From a virus, in IMG/VR virus record IMGVR_UViG_3300025276_000026, positions 1-64,000 of that record: a stretch of 64,000 nt of DNA; one strand, written 5' to 3'. The number at the start of each line of letters is the position of its first letter. The stretch's first letter is position 1. Positions 28,081 through 38,662 of the stretch are shown here, one piece after another. The notes below the pieces were generated by a model, which was not told where the DNA came from, made no database searches, and saw only the letters and a program-made list of their open reading frames with translations. The position numbers were made by a program, and so were the translations under genes.

Positions 28081-29282
28081 TATTTGTCCCAGTTCTTAAT
28101 TGCAGTAAAGTTATTGAATGCAAACTCCATACGGTCTACTAGTTTCACAGCTTTACCTGTTCTATCGATTGCAACGTAACCTTCGGGGTTGACTGCTTCA
28201 AATCCCTTATCAGTTTTCTTAAACGTTCCAATACTCTTTACTCTATTTAGGGCAACGATAATTATCTGTTTTGCAACTACCAAATGACCCATGAAACTAG
28301 TGAGGTTTGTTACGAACTTCTTAAGTCCTCTTATCTCTCTTGATAAGTCATCACCGATTTCTTTCTTAATTTGTTTATGTTTTTCTGTCTTAACACCACC
28401 GACAACCTTATCTGCCCATATCTTCTCAAAGTGATTCAAGTATCCAACATAGGATGGGTTGAACTTACCTTGTCTGATTAATGAGTTACAGTACGTCTTG
28501 TAAGATGCACCAGCACCTTTCTTTGTGATAGTCATCTGTATGTCTTGGAACTTCTGTAGGTCTTTCTTAGTGATACCGTGGAATGCTTTACCTGTTACAG
28601 TCAACTCTTTGGTCAAGTTAGCAGTCTCCATTGCAGTCATTGAACTGTTACCAGTGACATCTTTGTATGTTGCATCGTCTAACCACACATCGGTACTAGA
28701 ACCTAACTTAGATATGTTTGCACCGAATGATGCACCCAATCCTTCTATAGTGGCACCTTCGTATGTAGTATGGAATACAATTCCCATCTTAGAGTTTGCA
28801 ATTACTTTACCGAGCTGAGAATCTACGTCAACTGCATATAAAATTGTGTTGGGTTGGAATGTAATGTATGACTTACCATCTATCTTTTGTGTCTTGGTGT
28901 CGTTAGTGTACATCAAGTCACCTTGCATGACTGTGTTCCAAGATAGTTTAGATAAGCATTTGAATGAGGTTAAGAATTTCTCTTTGAGGTTACCACTGAG
29001 GTCGGGACTGTTGTTTATCTCGTCTTCTGAGGTATAAAATAACGGTGTCTTGTTGAATAGGGATTTCTTTGCAACAAAGAACTGACCTGTTTCGGGATGT
29101 TTTCCACAAAATATAGCAGGAGCTCCATCCCATTTTACAGTCATGTTAACTGAAGATGAAGAATGCCCCTTCATCATATCTCTAAGACCTTGTAAGAAGT
29201 TAATTGCACCTCTGCCACCATCAATACCTTGATTGATGATTTCGTCTTCTAGATGTTCTAAATGTAGATTTTTTGCACTCAT
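28080..29282 (-). CDS. T4-like phage conserved protein (DUF6267-like)
   Basis: KNLHLEHLED, TVKWDGAPA, QGDLMY, FQPNTI, EGYVA, KLVDRMEF. Confidence 0.8.
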   Translation of the reverse strand: MSAKNLHLEHLEDEIINQGIDGGRGAINFLQGLRDMMKGHSSSSVNMTVKWDGAPAIFCGKHPETGQFFVAKKSLFNKTPLFYTSEDEINNSPDLSGNLKEKFLTSFKCLSKLSWNTVMQGDLMYTNDTKTQKIDGKSYITFQPNTILYAVDVDSQLGKVIANSKMGIVFHTTYEGATIEGLGASFGANISKLGSSTDVWLDDATYKDVTGNSSMTAMETANLTKELTVTGKAFHGITKKDLQKFQDIQMTITKKGAGASYKTYCNSLIRQGKFNPSYVGYLNHFEKIWADKVVGGVKTEKHKQIKKEIGDDLSREIRGLKKFVTNLTSFMGHLVVAKQIIIVALNRVKSIGTFKKTDKGFEAVNPEGYVAIDRTGKAVKLVDRMEFAFNNFTAIKNWDK

Positions 29283-29289
29283 AGTAGAT

Positions 29290-29326
29290 ATTATACCACA
29301 GTTTGTGGTTCCTGTCTACTATTTAT
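29290..29326 (-). promoter_or_regulatory. tandem late (ATAAATA) and sigma70 promoters
   Basis: ATAAATA then TAGACA-N17-TATAAT, 7 nt before ATG. Confidence 0.6.
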
Positions 29327-29339
29327 GGTTCTTTTTTAG

Positions 29340-29726
29340 CTACGGTGCTATGGTAGTTTCACCAGCATCGATTCTTGCTTGGATAGCAGCGATGTCGGTT
29401 ACGTATGAATCTATTGATGCAGTAATGACTGCTGAGATTTCAGAATTCATTGCAATTGCATTTGCTGGAGAACTGTTTTCAGTCGAAGCTCTTTCTGCAA
29501 CCATATCAACAAACATTTGGTCTAAATCATCTGCATTAACACCTTGTGTGTCATGCCAAGTTAGGAATGCATCTCTTCCAGCTCCTGTCCATTCTGCTGG
29601 AGTTGATGATGATTTTGTTGCACCAGTGAAATAAGTCTTATTGACTCCATTATGCCAATCTTTTTGATTAACTAGTGATTGATGATGTGCAGTTTGTTCT
29701 GCTAATAGGTCTGTAAGTTCTGACAT
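29340..29726 (-). CDS. hypothetical protein
   Basis: SD GGAG; late-type promoter upstream. Confidence 0.7.
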   Translation of the reverse strand: MSELTDLLAEQTAHHQSLVNQKDWHNGVNKTYFTGATKSSSTPAEWTGAGRDAFLTWHDTQGVNADDLDQMFVDMVAERASTENSSPANAIAMNSEISAVITASIDSYVTDIAAIQARIDAGETTIAP

Positions 29727-29756
29727 GTATAACTCCGTGTGTGTTTACAGGATTAT

Positions 29757-29933
29757 TTATGTTTTAGACAGCGGTGTCGAGTGCAATTTGTCCTCAATTT
29801 TATCAATTTTTTTCGATATTTTCTTAGATGCTGAGGTGTCGTGGTCTTTTTTTGCTTCTCTGAGTTTCTTCTTCAAAGCAATCTTCTCTTCTATTGCAGA
29901 GATAACGTCTGTGGATTTCAAATTAGTAGTCAT
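29757..29933 (-). CDS. 58-aa Lys-rich protein
   Basis: hand-read frame MTTNLKSTDVISAIEEKIALKKKLREAKK...; TATAAATA at 29945-29952 region upstream. Confidence 0.65.
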   Translation of the reverse strand: MTTNLKSTDVISAIEEKIALKKKLREAKKDHDTSASKKISKKIDKIEDKLHSTPLSKT

Positions 29934-29946
29934 AATATAACTGTAT

Positions 29947-31464
29947 TTATAGCACTTCAGAACACCTGTTATAAGCTTCTGTTCCTGTAGTGCGTTCTAT
30001 TTGTGTTCTTGTATCCCAATCGTATTGTGTGCATTCTTCAGTAAGGGAACCATTTGTCATCTGTTGTCTAAACAACCACGAATTGATAGAGGAATTACCA
30101 CCTTCATATAGGTTGAAGTCATCTGCATATAAAAGATACGTGTTGCTTTGTGACCCACTCATAGACATATCAATTGTAGTGATATCATTATATAACTGTA
30201 CTATATCTGAGGTGTTCCTAGTACTCATTAGAGTAACAATGTTATCTGTGTAGTATGGGTTATCACTGGCTCGGATTCTTAATTCAAAACCACTAGTTGT
30301 GGCATTCTTACCACTCATAATGACTGAACGATAACTATCCCTAACTGCAAGTTCTATGGAATGGTCACCTATAAATCTTACGAAAGTTTTCTCATAGTTA
30401 TATCCACCAACTTGTTTTTGTTGTTCTACGGATATGTGTACTCTGTAACCACTTACAATAGTTTCACTCTCTTTATTCTCTTCATAGTTCTCTGATATGA
30501 TTACTGAAGCGTTTGCTTCTAGATTTGCCATAGTAATTGCAATGGGTAGACCATTTTGGTCTAATATCTGACCTAGAGAGTTACCCTTAACATCGTTAAA
30601 GTTATGTCTACGGTTGTATCTAAACCACTCGTCTTGTTGTGTACTGATACTTTGATTTTGTATGTCGAAGGTAACAGAAGTGAATTCTTGGTTTTGTAGT
30701 ATTTTACCAATGATTGTTTCTGTTAAGATTCCTCTGAATCCCATGTTGTATTGTTGTTTGAGAACATTCTCGACTTTGTGTAGTGTGGTAAGGAAATCTA
30801 CAACTTTTTCACCTATGGCTTGTTGTGTGGTATCACCCGACGCTATGAAATCGTCATAGAAATAGTATCTACTGATATTGAAATTGGTTTCTAGGTTGTA
30901 TAAGAAATTGTTGACATCCTGTTTAATGTTATCTGCAACACTGTTTGCACTAGAACCACAACCATCTGCAACTGTTATGCCACTAGGTAATAGTTCATTG
31001 ATTGATGTGACCAACATAGTAGTGAATGGGGTAACATTTGCTTTACCTGTACCCATTTCATGTGGGAAGTACAACATAGTGTATGCATCGTTCACATATC
31101 CCCTTGTTGAATCCCATGCACCTACTGGTACCTCTGCAACTCTTGGACGGTTTAACCCACAATTGGTAGTGAAGTTTGTTACTGCACTAAATTCTGTTGC
31201 AAGGAATTCATACTCATTGTTATCAGTATTGTAGGTTCCCGAAGGTTCACCTTCATCCTGTACTAGGTTGAAGTTAAAGTCGACAAAGACATTTGCACCT
31301 TCGACGTATCCATCAATGACTTTGGTGCCATATATCGGGGACGAGGAAACTGGGGTGGTAGTGGGAAACTGAAGTTCTGCAAGGGTAGGTGTAACTGCTG
31401 TACCACCACCGCCACATGATGATAATATCACCACTCCAGCAAGTAAAGTTAATTTATTTTTCAT
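29947..31464 (-). CDS. large bacterial-type surface lipoprotein
   Basis: lipobox LSSC-GGGG; VIDGYVEGANVFVDFNFN..DEGEP; NVTPFTT. Confidence 0.8.
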   Translation of the reverse strand: MKNKLTLLAGVVILSSCGGGGTAVTPTLAELQFPTTTPVSSSPIYGTKVIDGYVEGANVFVDFNFNLVQDEGEPSGTYNTDNNEYEFLATEFSAVTNFTTNCGLNRPRVAEVPVGAWDSTRGYVNDAYTMLYFPHEMGTGKANVTPFTTMLVTSINELLPSGITVADGCGSSANSVADNIKQDVNNFLYNLETNFNISRYYFYDDFIASGDTTQQAIGEKVVDFLTTLHKVENVLKQQYNMGFRGILTETIIGKILQNQEFTSVTFDIQNQSISTQQDEWFRYNRRHNFNDVKGNSLGQILDQNGLPIAITMANLEANASVIISENYEENKESETIVSGYRVHISVEQQKQVGGYNYEKTFVRFIGDHSIELAVRDSYRSVIMSGKNATTSGFELRIRASDNPYYTDNIVTLMSTRNTSDIVQLYNDITTIDMSMSGSQSNTYLLYADDFNLYEGGNSSINSWLFRQQMTNGSLTEECTQYDWDTRTQIERTTGTEAYNRCSEVL

Positions 31465-31493
31465 TGTAAAGACCTCTCATAATCTATAGTACT

Positions 31494-31523
31494 ATTATAC
31501 ACTATAAGTAGTGGTCATGTCTA
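31494..31523 (-). promoter_or_regulatory. early promoter for the lipoprotein
   Basis: TAGACA-N18-TATAAT; SD GAGG downstream. Confidence 0.6.
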
Positions 31524-31529
31524 GAGGCT

Positions 31530-31721
31530 TTAGTCTTTAGTCTTAAACTCTTCTCTTAGTTCGGGGAATTCCGATAAGAATCGCATCATTATATGAAGGT
31601 TATTATCGTCCTGTGCTAGTTTTGTAAGCATCTCTCTGAGAGCCATATAGTTGTCCATAGAGACATCTCTTCGTATCTCTGCAACCATCTCTTCTACTAA
31701 TATATTAGGTTTGTAAGTCAT
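31530..31721 (-). CDS. hypothetical protein
   Basis: ORF overlapping upstream gene. Confidence 0.6.
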   Translation of the reverse strand: MTYKPNILVEEMVAEIRRDVSMDNYMALREMLTKLAQDDNNLHIMMRFLSEFPELREEFKTKD

Positions 31722-32340
31722 TTTGTGGACTTACTTTTACGTTGCCTGAGATTGTTATCCTAGGACTGTCGCTTTTGTTTGGGGACACTGCATGTAAAAC
31801 TGTTGATGGAAAGATGTATAAAGTACCTTTACCTTTTAGGTCGGGAACATAATCCATATGTGCTTCATATGTGTCAAAGTATTCCTTTAAACAGTTGTCA
31901 CTATTGGTTGCATTTCTATTCTTGAATACAATATGTGAATCACCTGCTTGATGAATATAACACCAAGAGAAATCTGAATTTCGTGTTCCTTGGTGGTCAT
32001 GTGCATCTTGGAATCCATTCTTCTCATAGACATTAACCCATGGTACTTCGAATTGACTGGACATTAACATCTTAGGCCCTAATGCATCTAAGAATTGACT
32101 GAACTCGTCATAGACTTTGTCCATAGGAACTCTGTAATCAATTTTATAGTTTGCATCTACACCGTTAGATGTCTTACAATTACTAAATGTAAATTCTTCC
32201 GTACATAGAACTTCAGTATCAATGAATTCATCAAACCAATCATCAATTTCACTTGCTGAGATTTGGATGGCTGTAATGGGCTGACCCCATAATAGAATAT
32301 CAGACCTTGAAGTCTGCAAAATCTCGTTTTTGTCCGTCAT
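31705..32340 (-). CDS. putative 2OG-Fe(II) oxygenase (TIGR02466-like)
   Basis: PWVNVY...QDAHDH...SWCY; IFPSTVLHAV...RITISGN; start MTDKN. Confidence 0.85.
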   Translation of the reverse strand: MTDKNEILQTSRSDILLWGQPITAIQISASEIDDWFDEFIDTEVLCTEEFTFSNCKTSNGVDANYKIDYRVPMDKVYDEFSQFLDALGPKMLMSSQFEVPWVNVYEKNGFQDAHDHQGTRNSDFSWCYIHQAGDSHIVFKNRNATNSDNCLKEYFDTYEAHMDYVPDLKGKGTLYIFPSTVLHAVSPNKSDSPRITISGNVKVSPQNDLQT

Positions 32341-33700
32341 TTCTTCCCCTATCAAACACTGGTGTGTCGTCACTAATATTCGTTGAATCGTGTAACTCTT
32401 CTTGTGCTTCTTGTTCACAATCGTATAACTTCATACGACTTCTATCTACTCCAATGACAAACCTTTTAAATATGGTTGGGTCATTGTATCTGTTCTTTAA
32501 CTGTTTAACGACCATTTGGTCTAGTTCTTCCAACTCTTCGGATGTAATCAGTGCAAACATAAAGTCGGCTGTTGCTGGTAATCCGAATGACTCTGAGGTA
32601 TCTGTTAGTTCCACATCTGTAGAACCATAACCACTACGAGTCGTTTGTGTTGCACTCATGATTGGTACATTAAACTCTACTGCAAGTCCTCTGAGTTCTT
32701 CTGCAATACTCTTAACCAGTGTATAACTGTTTGCACCAGCTCCTGGCTTTACTCTTGCACTTGAACATATATTTAGGTAATCGATATAAATCATATCGGG
32801 TTTGAAATCTTTCTTAATACTCAACTCTTGTAGTAGATGTCTAAAGTGACCAACGTGAGCTGATGCAGTAGGATATTCCTTTATAATCAACTTACCTTTG
32901 GTCTTCTCTTTAATCTTATCAATCTTCTTATCAAACATTTTCTTAGATAAGTCGGGTAAATCTTGCATAGGGATATTCAATGTGTTTGCATCGATTCTTT
33001 CTGCAATCCTTTCCTCTGACATTTCCATGGTAATGTATAAGACATTCTTGTTCATCATTAAGTTAGCAGATGCCATGTGACACATGAAAAGGGACTTACC
33101 CACACCTGTTCCTGCCAAGCAGATATTCAAGGTTTTATTGGGTAAGCCTCCCTTAGTAACTTTGTTGAAGTATTCCAAATCAAATGGTAACTTCTCTTCT
33201 TCTGTGTGATAGAATTCCCATCTATCATCGGAATTTTCTATGAAATCATGACCAATATTGGTATCGAATGATACAGATAATGCATCCTTTAAAAGGTCGG
33301 GTATTTCTCCAGTCGAGCGTTGGGACTTCTTATCGATGACTTCGATACTGTCCATCACTGCAATATAGATTGCTCTATCTTTGCACCATGATTCAGTTTC
33401 GTTTACCAACCAATCGGTTGGTGTCGCTTCGGTAAGTTTTCCTATACTATCTACAATAGTTTTGCTTTGAGATAACAGTCCATCATTCAATGACGTGTTG
33501 TTATCTAGATTTATGAGAAGTGCTTCCACTGTAGGTGGTTTAGTGTACTTATCGAAATAAGATATTATCTCGTTAAATACAGTCTTCTCGTCCGACTCGG
33601 AGAAATACTCTTCCTTAAGGAACGGTATTACCTTCCTTGTAAAGGGTTCATTCTGAACTAAGTTCTTCAGTATTGTCTGTTCTAATCTCACTTGTTCCAT
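32300..33700 (-). CDS. gp41: replicative DNA helicase (T4 gp41-like)
   Basis: [44 protein letters not shown]. Confidence 0.97.
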   Translation of the reverse strand: MEQVRLEQTILKNLVQNEPFTRKVIPFLKEEYFSESDEKTVFNEIISYFDKYTKPPTVEALLINLDNNTSLNDGLLSQSKTIVDSIGKLTEATPTDWLVNETESWCKDRAIYIAVMDSIEVIDKKSQRSTGEIPDLLKDALSVSFDTNIGHDFIENSDDRWEFYHTEEEKLPFDLEYFNKVTKGGLPNKTLNICLAGTGVGKSLFMCHMASANLMMNKNVLYITMEMSEERIAERIDANTLNIPMQDLPDLSKKMFDKKIDKIKEKTKGKLIIKEYPTASAHVGHFRHLLQELSIKKDFKPDMIYIDYLNICSSARVKPGAGANSYTLVKSIAEELRGLAVEFNVPIMSATQTTRSGYGSTDVELTDTSESFGLPATADFMFALITSEELEELDQMVVKQLKNRYNDPTIFKRFVIGVDRSRMKLYDCEQEAQEELHDSTNISDDTPVFDRGRNDGQKRDFADFKV

Positions 33701-34703
33701 ACTTAAAATATTCCTGTGCTTTCTCTTCAAGTAACGCCATTACATCGGGTGTAAAGTGTTTCTCGGGATTGTTATTAATTGTCTTTCCGAATTCGGTTTT
33801 ACCTGTAGGTAGTTTAACACGAGTTCCTTCTTTTGTAAAGACGCCAAATGCAAGTGCCATGTCTAAAAGACCATAGTACCTGTCCAATCCTTTCTCATAA
33901 GAAAGTCTTACATCCACCACTCTATTCTCAACTGTCATCCTTGACTTTGCATTCTTGCAATGGATGATGTTTCCGATTACCTCTGTACCCTCTTTCTCTT
34001 TCTTCTTAGAAAGATAGATGATTGATGATGCAGCGTACTTGAGTCCACTACCACCACCCATCTCTTTTTGAGGGAACATTGACCCAATCACATCATATGT
34101 GTGATTAGTGACAATCATGGGGACACCAACTCTACCTAATTTCAATGTCAAGACTCTGAATGCACCTTTGGTGATTTGAGCTCTTGTCATATCTTTGGTT
34201 TCCTTACCTTCTGCAGTGTCTTCGATTTCTTTAGTAGTTGATAACATACCAAGTGAATCTAAACAAAACATCATTTTAGGACGTTTGGTTTTGGGGGTAT
34301 CATTATACTTATCCAGTATACTGATTGCTTGATTTCTGAATTCCTGTACTGTAACAACTGGAACAATAACAACTCTTGACGAGTCTATTCCTCTTGATTC
34401 AATCATATCTCTCGATATTGCAGATTCAGATTCAAAGTAAATCACTGCTGAATCGGGATGGTCTTCGAGGAATTGTTTTACCATGCCGAGGGCAAAGTAA
34501 GTTTTTCCTGTTGCAGATTCTCCAGCGATTGCTGTGATTTTGTTTGCTGGTAGACCACCGTATAGTGACCCACTTAATAGTGCATTAAAAATATGACTTC
34601 CAGTATCAATAAAGGAATCCACATCTCCAGCTGCGACACCGTCGGAAACTATACTTGCGTATTCGTTGCCCGATGCTTTTACTAAATCTTTTAAAAATGA
34701 CAT
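33648..34703 (-). CDS. uvsX: RecA-like recombinase
   Basis: [31 protein letters not shown]. Confidence 0.96.
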   Translation of the reverse strand: MSFLKDLVKASGNEYASIVSDGVAAGDVDSFIDTGSHIFNALLSGSLYGGLPANKITAIAGESATGKTYFALGMVKQFLEDHPDSAVIYFESESAISRDMIESRGIDSSRVVIVPVVTVQEFRNQAISILDKYNDTPKTKRPKMMFCLDSLGMLSTTKEIEDTAEGKETKDMTRAQITKGAFRVLTLKLGRVGVPMIVTNHTYDVIGSMFPQKEMGGGSGLKYAASSIIYLSKKKEKEGTEVIGNIIHCKNAKSRMTVENRVVDVRLSYEKGLDRYYGLLDMALAFGVFTKEGTRVKLPTGKTEFGKTINNNPEKHFTPDVMALLEEKAQEYFKYGTSEIRTDNTEELSSE

Positions 34704-34728
34704 AACACTTCTCCTAATGTATACATCT

Positions 34729-34758
34729 ATTATACACAAAGGGTGGTGAAATTGTAAG
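34729..34758 (-). promoter_or_regulatory. sigma70-type promoter upstream of uvsX
   Basis: CTTACA-N18-TATAAT; SD AGGAG. Confidence 0.55.
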
Positions 34759-34764
34759 AGGGTT

Positions 34765-34944
34765 TTAGAGTTTTTTTTCTATTTCTTTTAGAGACTTACC
34801 AACTTGAGACATTTTTTGGTCGAACTTGGTATGTTCTTTCATCATTGCTGTAAGCTTAGTCATAGATATTTCTAGATGAAAGATACAACCAAAGATAATC
34901 ATAATCATTCCTATATAGAAACAATCCATGATAGTAATCAACAT
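34765..34944 (-). CDS. 59-aa single-TM protein
   Basis: hand-read frame [25 protein letters not shown]...KKL. Confidence 0.6.
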   Translation of the reverse strand: MLITIMDCFYIGMIMIIFGCIFHLEISMTKLTAMMKEHTKFDQKMSQVGKSLKEIEKKL

Positions 34945-35435
34945 TAGGAAACCTCGTCTATTTGCTCTTGTGTAACGGTACCGTTACTGAGTAATAGAGC
35001 TCTATGTTCCATGTGTCTTTCTTGAGTAGTGTCTTTGTTTTCACCAGTGTATAATACTGCGTGATGGTCAAAAATCATTCGTTGATTGACTGAAACTCTT
35101 TCGTCTGTTTGAACGATTGGATTTCCTTCTTCGTCAAGTGGAGTAACAAATAGTTCTCCAAGTATTCTTCCGAACTTTCCTTTGTCATGACTAACGAGTG
35201 TGACATCACCTTGTGCAAGTAATTTTGTAAGATGATACTTAGATGCTTTACCAAAAACCTTCTCCACTAAGTCTCTTGTACGTGACTCGGGGGTATCGAT
35301 TCCCATAAGACGCACTCTTTGTTTTTTTAGTACAGTTGAAAACCCTAAATCTATATCAACGTCAATTGTGTCGCCGTCAACGATTTTGGTTACTGTTACG
35401 TGAAATTCTGCTTGTTTAAATAATTTTTTACCCAT
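34944..35435 (-). CDS. thermonuclease (SNase-like)
   Basis: KIVDGDTID, RVRLMGIDTPE, GKFGRILG. Confidence 0.92.
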   Translation of the reverse strand: MGKKLFKQAEFHVTVTKIVDGDTIDVDIDLGFSTVLKKQRVRLMGIDTPESRTRDLVEKVFGKASKYHLTKLLAQGDVTLVSHDKGKFGRILGELFVTPLDEEGNPIVQTDERVSVNQRMIFDHHAVLYTGENKDTTQERHMEHRALLLSNGTVTQEQIDEVS

Positions 35436-35443
35436 GATTCTAT

Positions 35444-35914
35444 TTAGGAGTTCGCTAACTTAGGGGGGTTATTATGACCAATCATTGAATGGTCTAAGAT
35501 GGGATGTTTGTAGTCTTCTGCTTGTTTGGACTCATAGTCTACCATCGCCTGTTTAATAGCATCTTCTGCTAGTACTGAACAATGTAATTTGATTGGTGGT
35601 AGTTGCAGTGCATCTGCAATGTCTTTGTCTTTGATGAGTTTTGCTTCATCGATAGTCTTACCCATCATCAAGTCCACGAACAACGAAGAAGATGCAATTG
35701 CACTCCCACATCCGTAAGTCTTGAATTTTACGTCGACAATCTTTTCGTTGTCATCGAGTAAGAGTTGAAGTTGCATTACATCACCACACGCAGGAGCTCC
35801 TGCAAGTCCTGTTGCAACCTTGGGATTGTTTCTATCCAGTGAACCAACAGCGTGTTTTTGTGGGTTAGCGAGTACGGCTTCGAACCGTTGTACTACTTCT
35901 TTTGAGTATGCCAT
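35444..35914 (-). CDS. iscU: Fe-S cluster scaffold IscU
   Basis: GAPACGDVM, FKTYGCGSAIASSS, LPPIKLHCSVLAEDAI. Confidence 0.96.
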   Translation of the reverse strand: MAYSKEVVQRFEAVLANPQKHAVGSLDRNNPKVATGLAGAPACGDVMQLQLLLDDNEKIVDVKFKTYGCGSAIASSSLFVDLMMGKTIDEAKLIKDKDIADALQLPPIKLHCSVLAEDAIKQAMVDYESKQAEDYKHPILDHSMIGHNNPPKLANS

Positions 35915-35922
35915 ATAGTTAT

Positions 35923-38415
35923 TTATCCAAAAAACGCATCAAGCGACGCAACTGGTTCAACATTCCAGCCAATCTTCTCAATAACCACCTTCAATGGTTC
36001 TATGAATGACTTGTCAAATTGCATGTCGTAGTTGATATATTTGTGTAATTCCAACTCTCTCGGAAGTACATTCAAGAACGATATGACGTTCTCGTTAATT
36101 GGGTTAGGTGTTGTGAGGTATGTGAAGTGTAACTTCTCTCCACTCTTAATCAACTCGTAACGTTTGTGTATGTTCTTCTTCTTGAGATGATGGTTGTAAA
36201 GTAAAGCACCGCGTACGTGTATGGGTGTACCCTTTCCGTAAATCATCGATGGGTCTGCATACTGTTGTAGATTGTTGCAACCTCTTGGTGATGACATGTC
36301 TTCGGGTGGTAACCTTCTGAAGTCCATACGAGCATTCTCTACGAAATCCCATAGTTCTTGTTCGTCACCTTGCATCACAATCTTGAATGCATCCGTAAGT
36401 CTACCTCTAACCCATTGTGGTGTACTAGACTTTGCAGTCTCAATACCCATCATCTTGAGTTTAGGTACGGCTAGTCGGACTCCTTCGTTGTCGATGACGT
36501 TGAGGATATATCTTTTCTTTGCTGTCCATATTCCTCTGTCGGCGATGACCTCTCGTCCCATCTCCATTTTTTGTTCGTATGCGTTGGTGTATTCTGCAAG
36601 GTCTTCGAAACCTTTTTCAAGAACGCTCTCCATGTGTGACTTGGCGATGGAGTCGATGAAGTTAGTGATTTTGGTTTTATCTGTTTCATTGGGCATGACC
36701 TGTTGTATCAATTTGTCTAGTGTAATATAAACAGAATCAGTATCCATTGCAACAACATAATCTTCGTCTGTCTTTAGAGTTGTGTTTAACCAATCATTGA
36801 TTGTCTTCTCTGCATGTTTGATAATCAACTGACCCGACAATGTGATTGCCTCGGCAAGTTGTGGGTCAAAGAATGCAAAGTATTGATTGGCCAATGCACC
36901 ATAAGCTGAGTTAAGTGCAATCTTTCTAACCTGTTGGTTATTGTAAGAACGTTTGATTAATGTATTGAGTTCGTTCTTACGTGTCTTGTCTTTACAAGTT
37001 TGCAGTTCCTTCTGATACTCAATCATCTTACCCTTCCACATCTTACGTTCGTCATAGAACTTCTGCATAAGTTCGGGAAGGAAACCTTGTTTGTCGTTAG
37101 AGAACCTAGCACCGTTTGGTGTGATACCGAATGCACCGTCAACTACTGTTTCTTTGTTGAATAGTTTCTCTACGGATGTATCTGTTAGTCCTCTCTGCAT
37201 CTTCTCGGGTGAGATGTTGTACTGCATAATGATGTGAGGATACAGTGAGTTTAAATCGAATGAGACAACCCATTCATGTTTACCCACGATAGGTTCTTTA
37301 ACATATGCACCTTGAATCCTGTCACCTTTTATCTGACCAAGTCTCTGAGGTGGTGTAGCAATGTTCTGTTCTTTAAGGAAGTTGTAGATGATTGTTTCCC
37401 AATACTTAACCATACCAAATGTATCATTGTAGTTACATTTTGCATTGTAAGACATTGCAAGAATCAATTCCATCAATCCTAGTTTGTCTTCTAAGTCTTC
37501 TACCAAGGTAACATCCTTTACATTATATGCAAGGAACTTAGAATAGTTGTTTCTGTATAGATGGTGAAGAGAACCTTCCTCTTCATAGCTTATCTTGGTC
37601 TTACCTAACTCTACCTTTGCAATATGGTCTAGTCTGTAAGACTCTTGGTTTACGAATGTATGTTTTTTGTATAGTTCTAGGTAATCAATTACATTGATTC
37701 CGTACAGATTAAAAACCTGTTGCTGAGAACCCCAATTGGTTTTGAATTCTCTGACATCGCACATGTTCCATGGTGAGAACTTTTTGTGTGATTCTGTACC
37801 AAAGACTCTGTCCACACGATTACACAAATAAGTAATGTCAAAAGTATTAACATTCCAACCTGTGATGATATCGAACTTCTCTTTTCTCCAGTACTTGATA
37901 AACTGTTCAAGTAAGTCTTTTTCATCCTGTGCTTCATGATAAGTCACATTCGCTGGTTTTTCATCCCATGGGCCGATACCAAAAGTATGTGCCATGAATC
38001 TGAAGGGTTTGATTGTTATTGCATTGACCTTTTCCAAAGCTTGCATAGGTTCGGGGAACCCATCTTCACATTCACACTCAATGTCGAGTGTTGCAATCTT
38101 GATTACTTTGGGGTCGTATTTGATGTCACCTTGAAACTTGTCGGCAATGTAGGTGTAGATATATCTATCATAACCATGAATGTCCATTCCAGCAGTTCCT
38201 GCGAACTTCTCTCGGAACTTCCTTGCACCACCCATTGAATTTAGGTTCACTGGTTCTAGGTTTCTACCATCCAATGACTTGAATGCAGAGTCCTTTTTAG
38301 TCGGGACGTAATGAGTTGGACGGTAATCCACAGACATTTGCACCTGTTTCTTACCTTGGTAACCCTTTACGAGTATCTTGTCGCGTGTACGACATACGTT
38401 TGTATAAAAATCCAT
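35923..38415 (-). CDS. gp43: family B DNA polymerase (T4 gp43-like)
   Basis: exonuclease DIEC, SFDLNSLYP, KIALNSAYG, DTDS, KKRY. Confidence 0.98.
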   Translation of the reverse strand: MDFYTNVCRTRDKILVKGYQGKKQVQMSVDYRPTHYVPTKKDSAFKSLDGRNLEPVNLNSMGGARKFREKFAGTAGMDIHGYDRYIYTYIADKFQGDIKYDPKVIKIATLDIECECEDGFPEPMQALEKVNAITIKPFRFMAHTFGIGPWDEKPANVTYHEAQDEKDLLEQFIKYWRKEKFDIITGWNVNTFDITYLCNRVDRVFGTESHKKFSPWNMCDVREFKTNWGSQQQVFNLYGINVIDYLELYKKHTFVNQESYRLDHIAKVELGKTKISYEEEGSLHHLYRNNYSKFLAYNVKDVTLVEDLEDKLGLMELILAMSYNAKCNYNDTFGMVKYWETIIYNFLKEQNIATPPQRLGQIKGDRIQGAYVKEPIVGKHEWVVSFDLNSLYPHIIMQYNISPEKMQRGLTDTSVEKLFNKETVVDGAFGITPNGARFSNDKQGFLPELMQKFYDERKMWKGKMIEYQKELQTCKDKTRKNELNTLIKRSYNNQQVRKIALNSAYGALANQYFAFFDPQLAEAITLSGQLIIKHAEKTINDWLNTTLKTDEDYVVAMDTDSVYITLDKLIQQVMPNETDKTKITNFIDSIAKSHMESVLEKGFEDLAEYTNAYEQKMEMGREVIADRGIWTAKKRYILNVIDNEGVRLAVPKLKMMGIETAKSSTPQWVRGRLTDAFKIVMQGDEQELWDFVENARMDFRRLPPEDMSSPRGCNNLQQYADPSMIYGKGTPIHVRGALLYNHHLKKKNIHKRYELIKSGEKLHFTYLTTPNPINENVISFLNVLPRELELHKYINYDMQFDKSFIEPLKVVIEKIGWNVEPVASLDAFFG

Positions 38416-38421
38416 ACTGTT

Positions 38422-38450
38422 ATTATAACAGAAAAAGGATTATTCTACAA
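38422..38450 (-). promoter_or_regulatory. sigma70 promoter for DNA polymerase (apparently leaderless)
   Basis: TTGTAG-N17-TATAAT, 6 nt before ATG, no SD. Confidence 0.7.
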
Positions 38451-38661
38451 GTGTATTTCTAGAGGGATTCAGTAATTCTTTTACTGCTTTGAGTTTGTCC
38501 TGTGCATCGGCTAAGTTAGCGACCAATTCATCAACAGCACCAACGACATCGGGATGTTCTCCGATACCGACTGGGTTTTGCTGATAGACTGAGATGTTTG
38601 CAGTATGAACTGCAATATCACCTTGGTACTTCTTTTCTAATGCTCTTAATATATCTGCCAT
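38440..38661 (-). CDS. small phage protein
   Basis: NPVGIGEHPD motif. Confidence 0.75.
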   Translation of the reverse strand: MADILRALEKKYQGDIAVHTANISVYQQNPVGIGEHPDVVGAVDELVANLADAQDKLKAVKELLNPSRNTLVE

Positions 38662-38662
38662 T

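Noticed and set aside
11372-38415. Introns or inteins in nrdA, nrdB, helicase or DNA polymerase
   Set aside because: All are continuous ORFs of normal length; the gene between nrdA and nrdB is an oxygenase, not a homing endonuclease.
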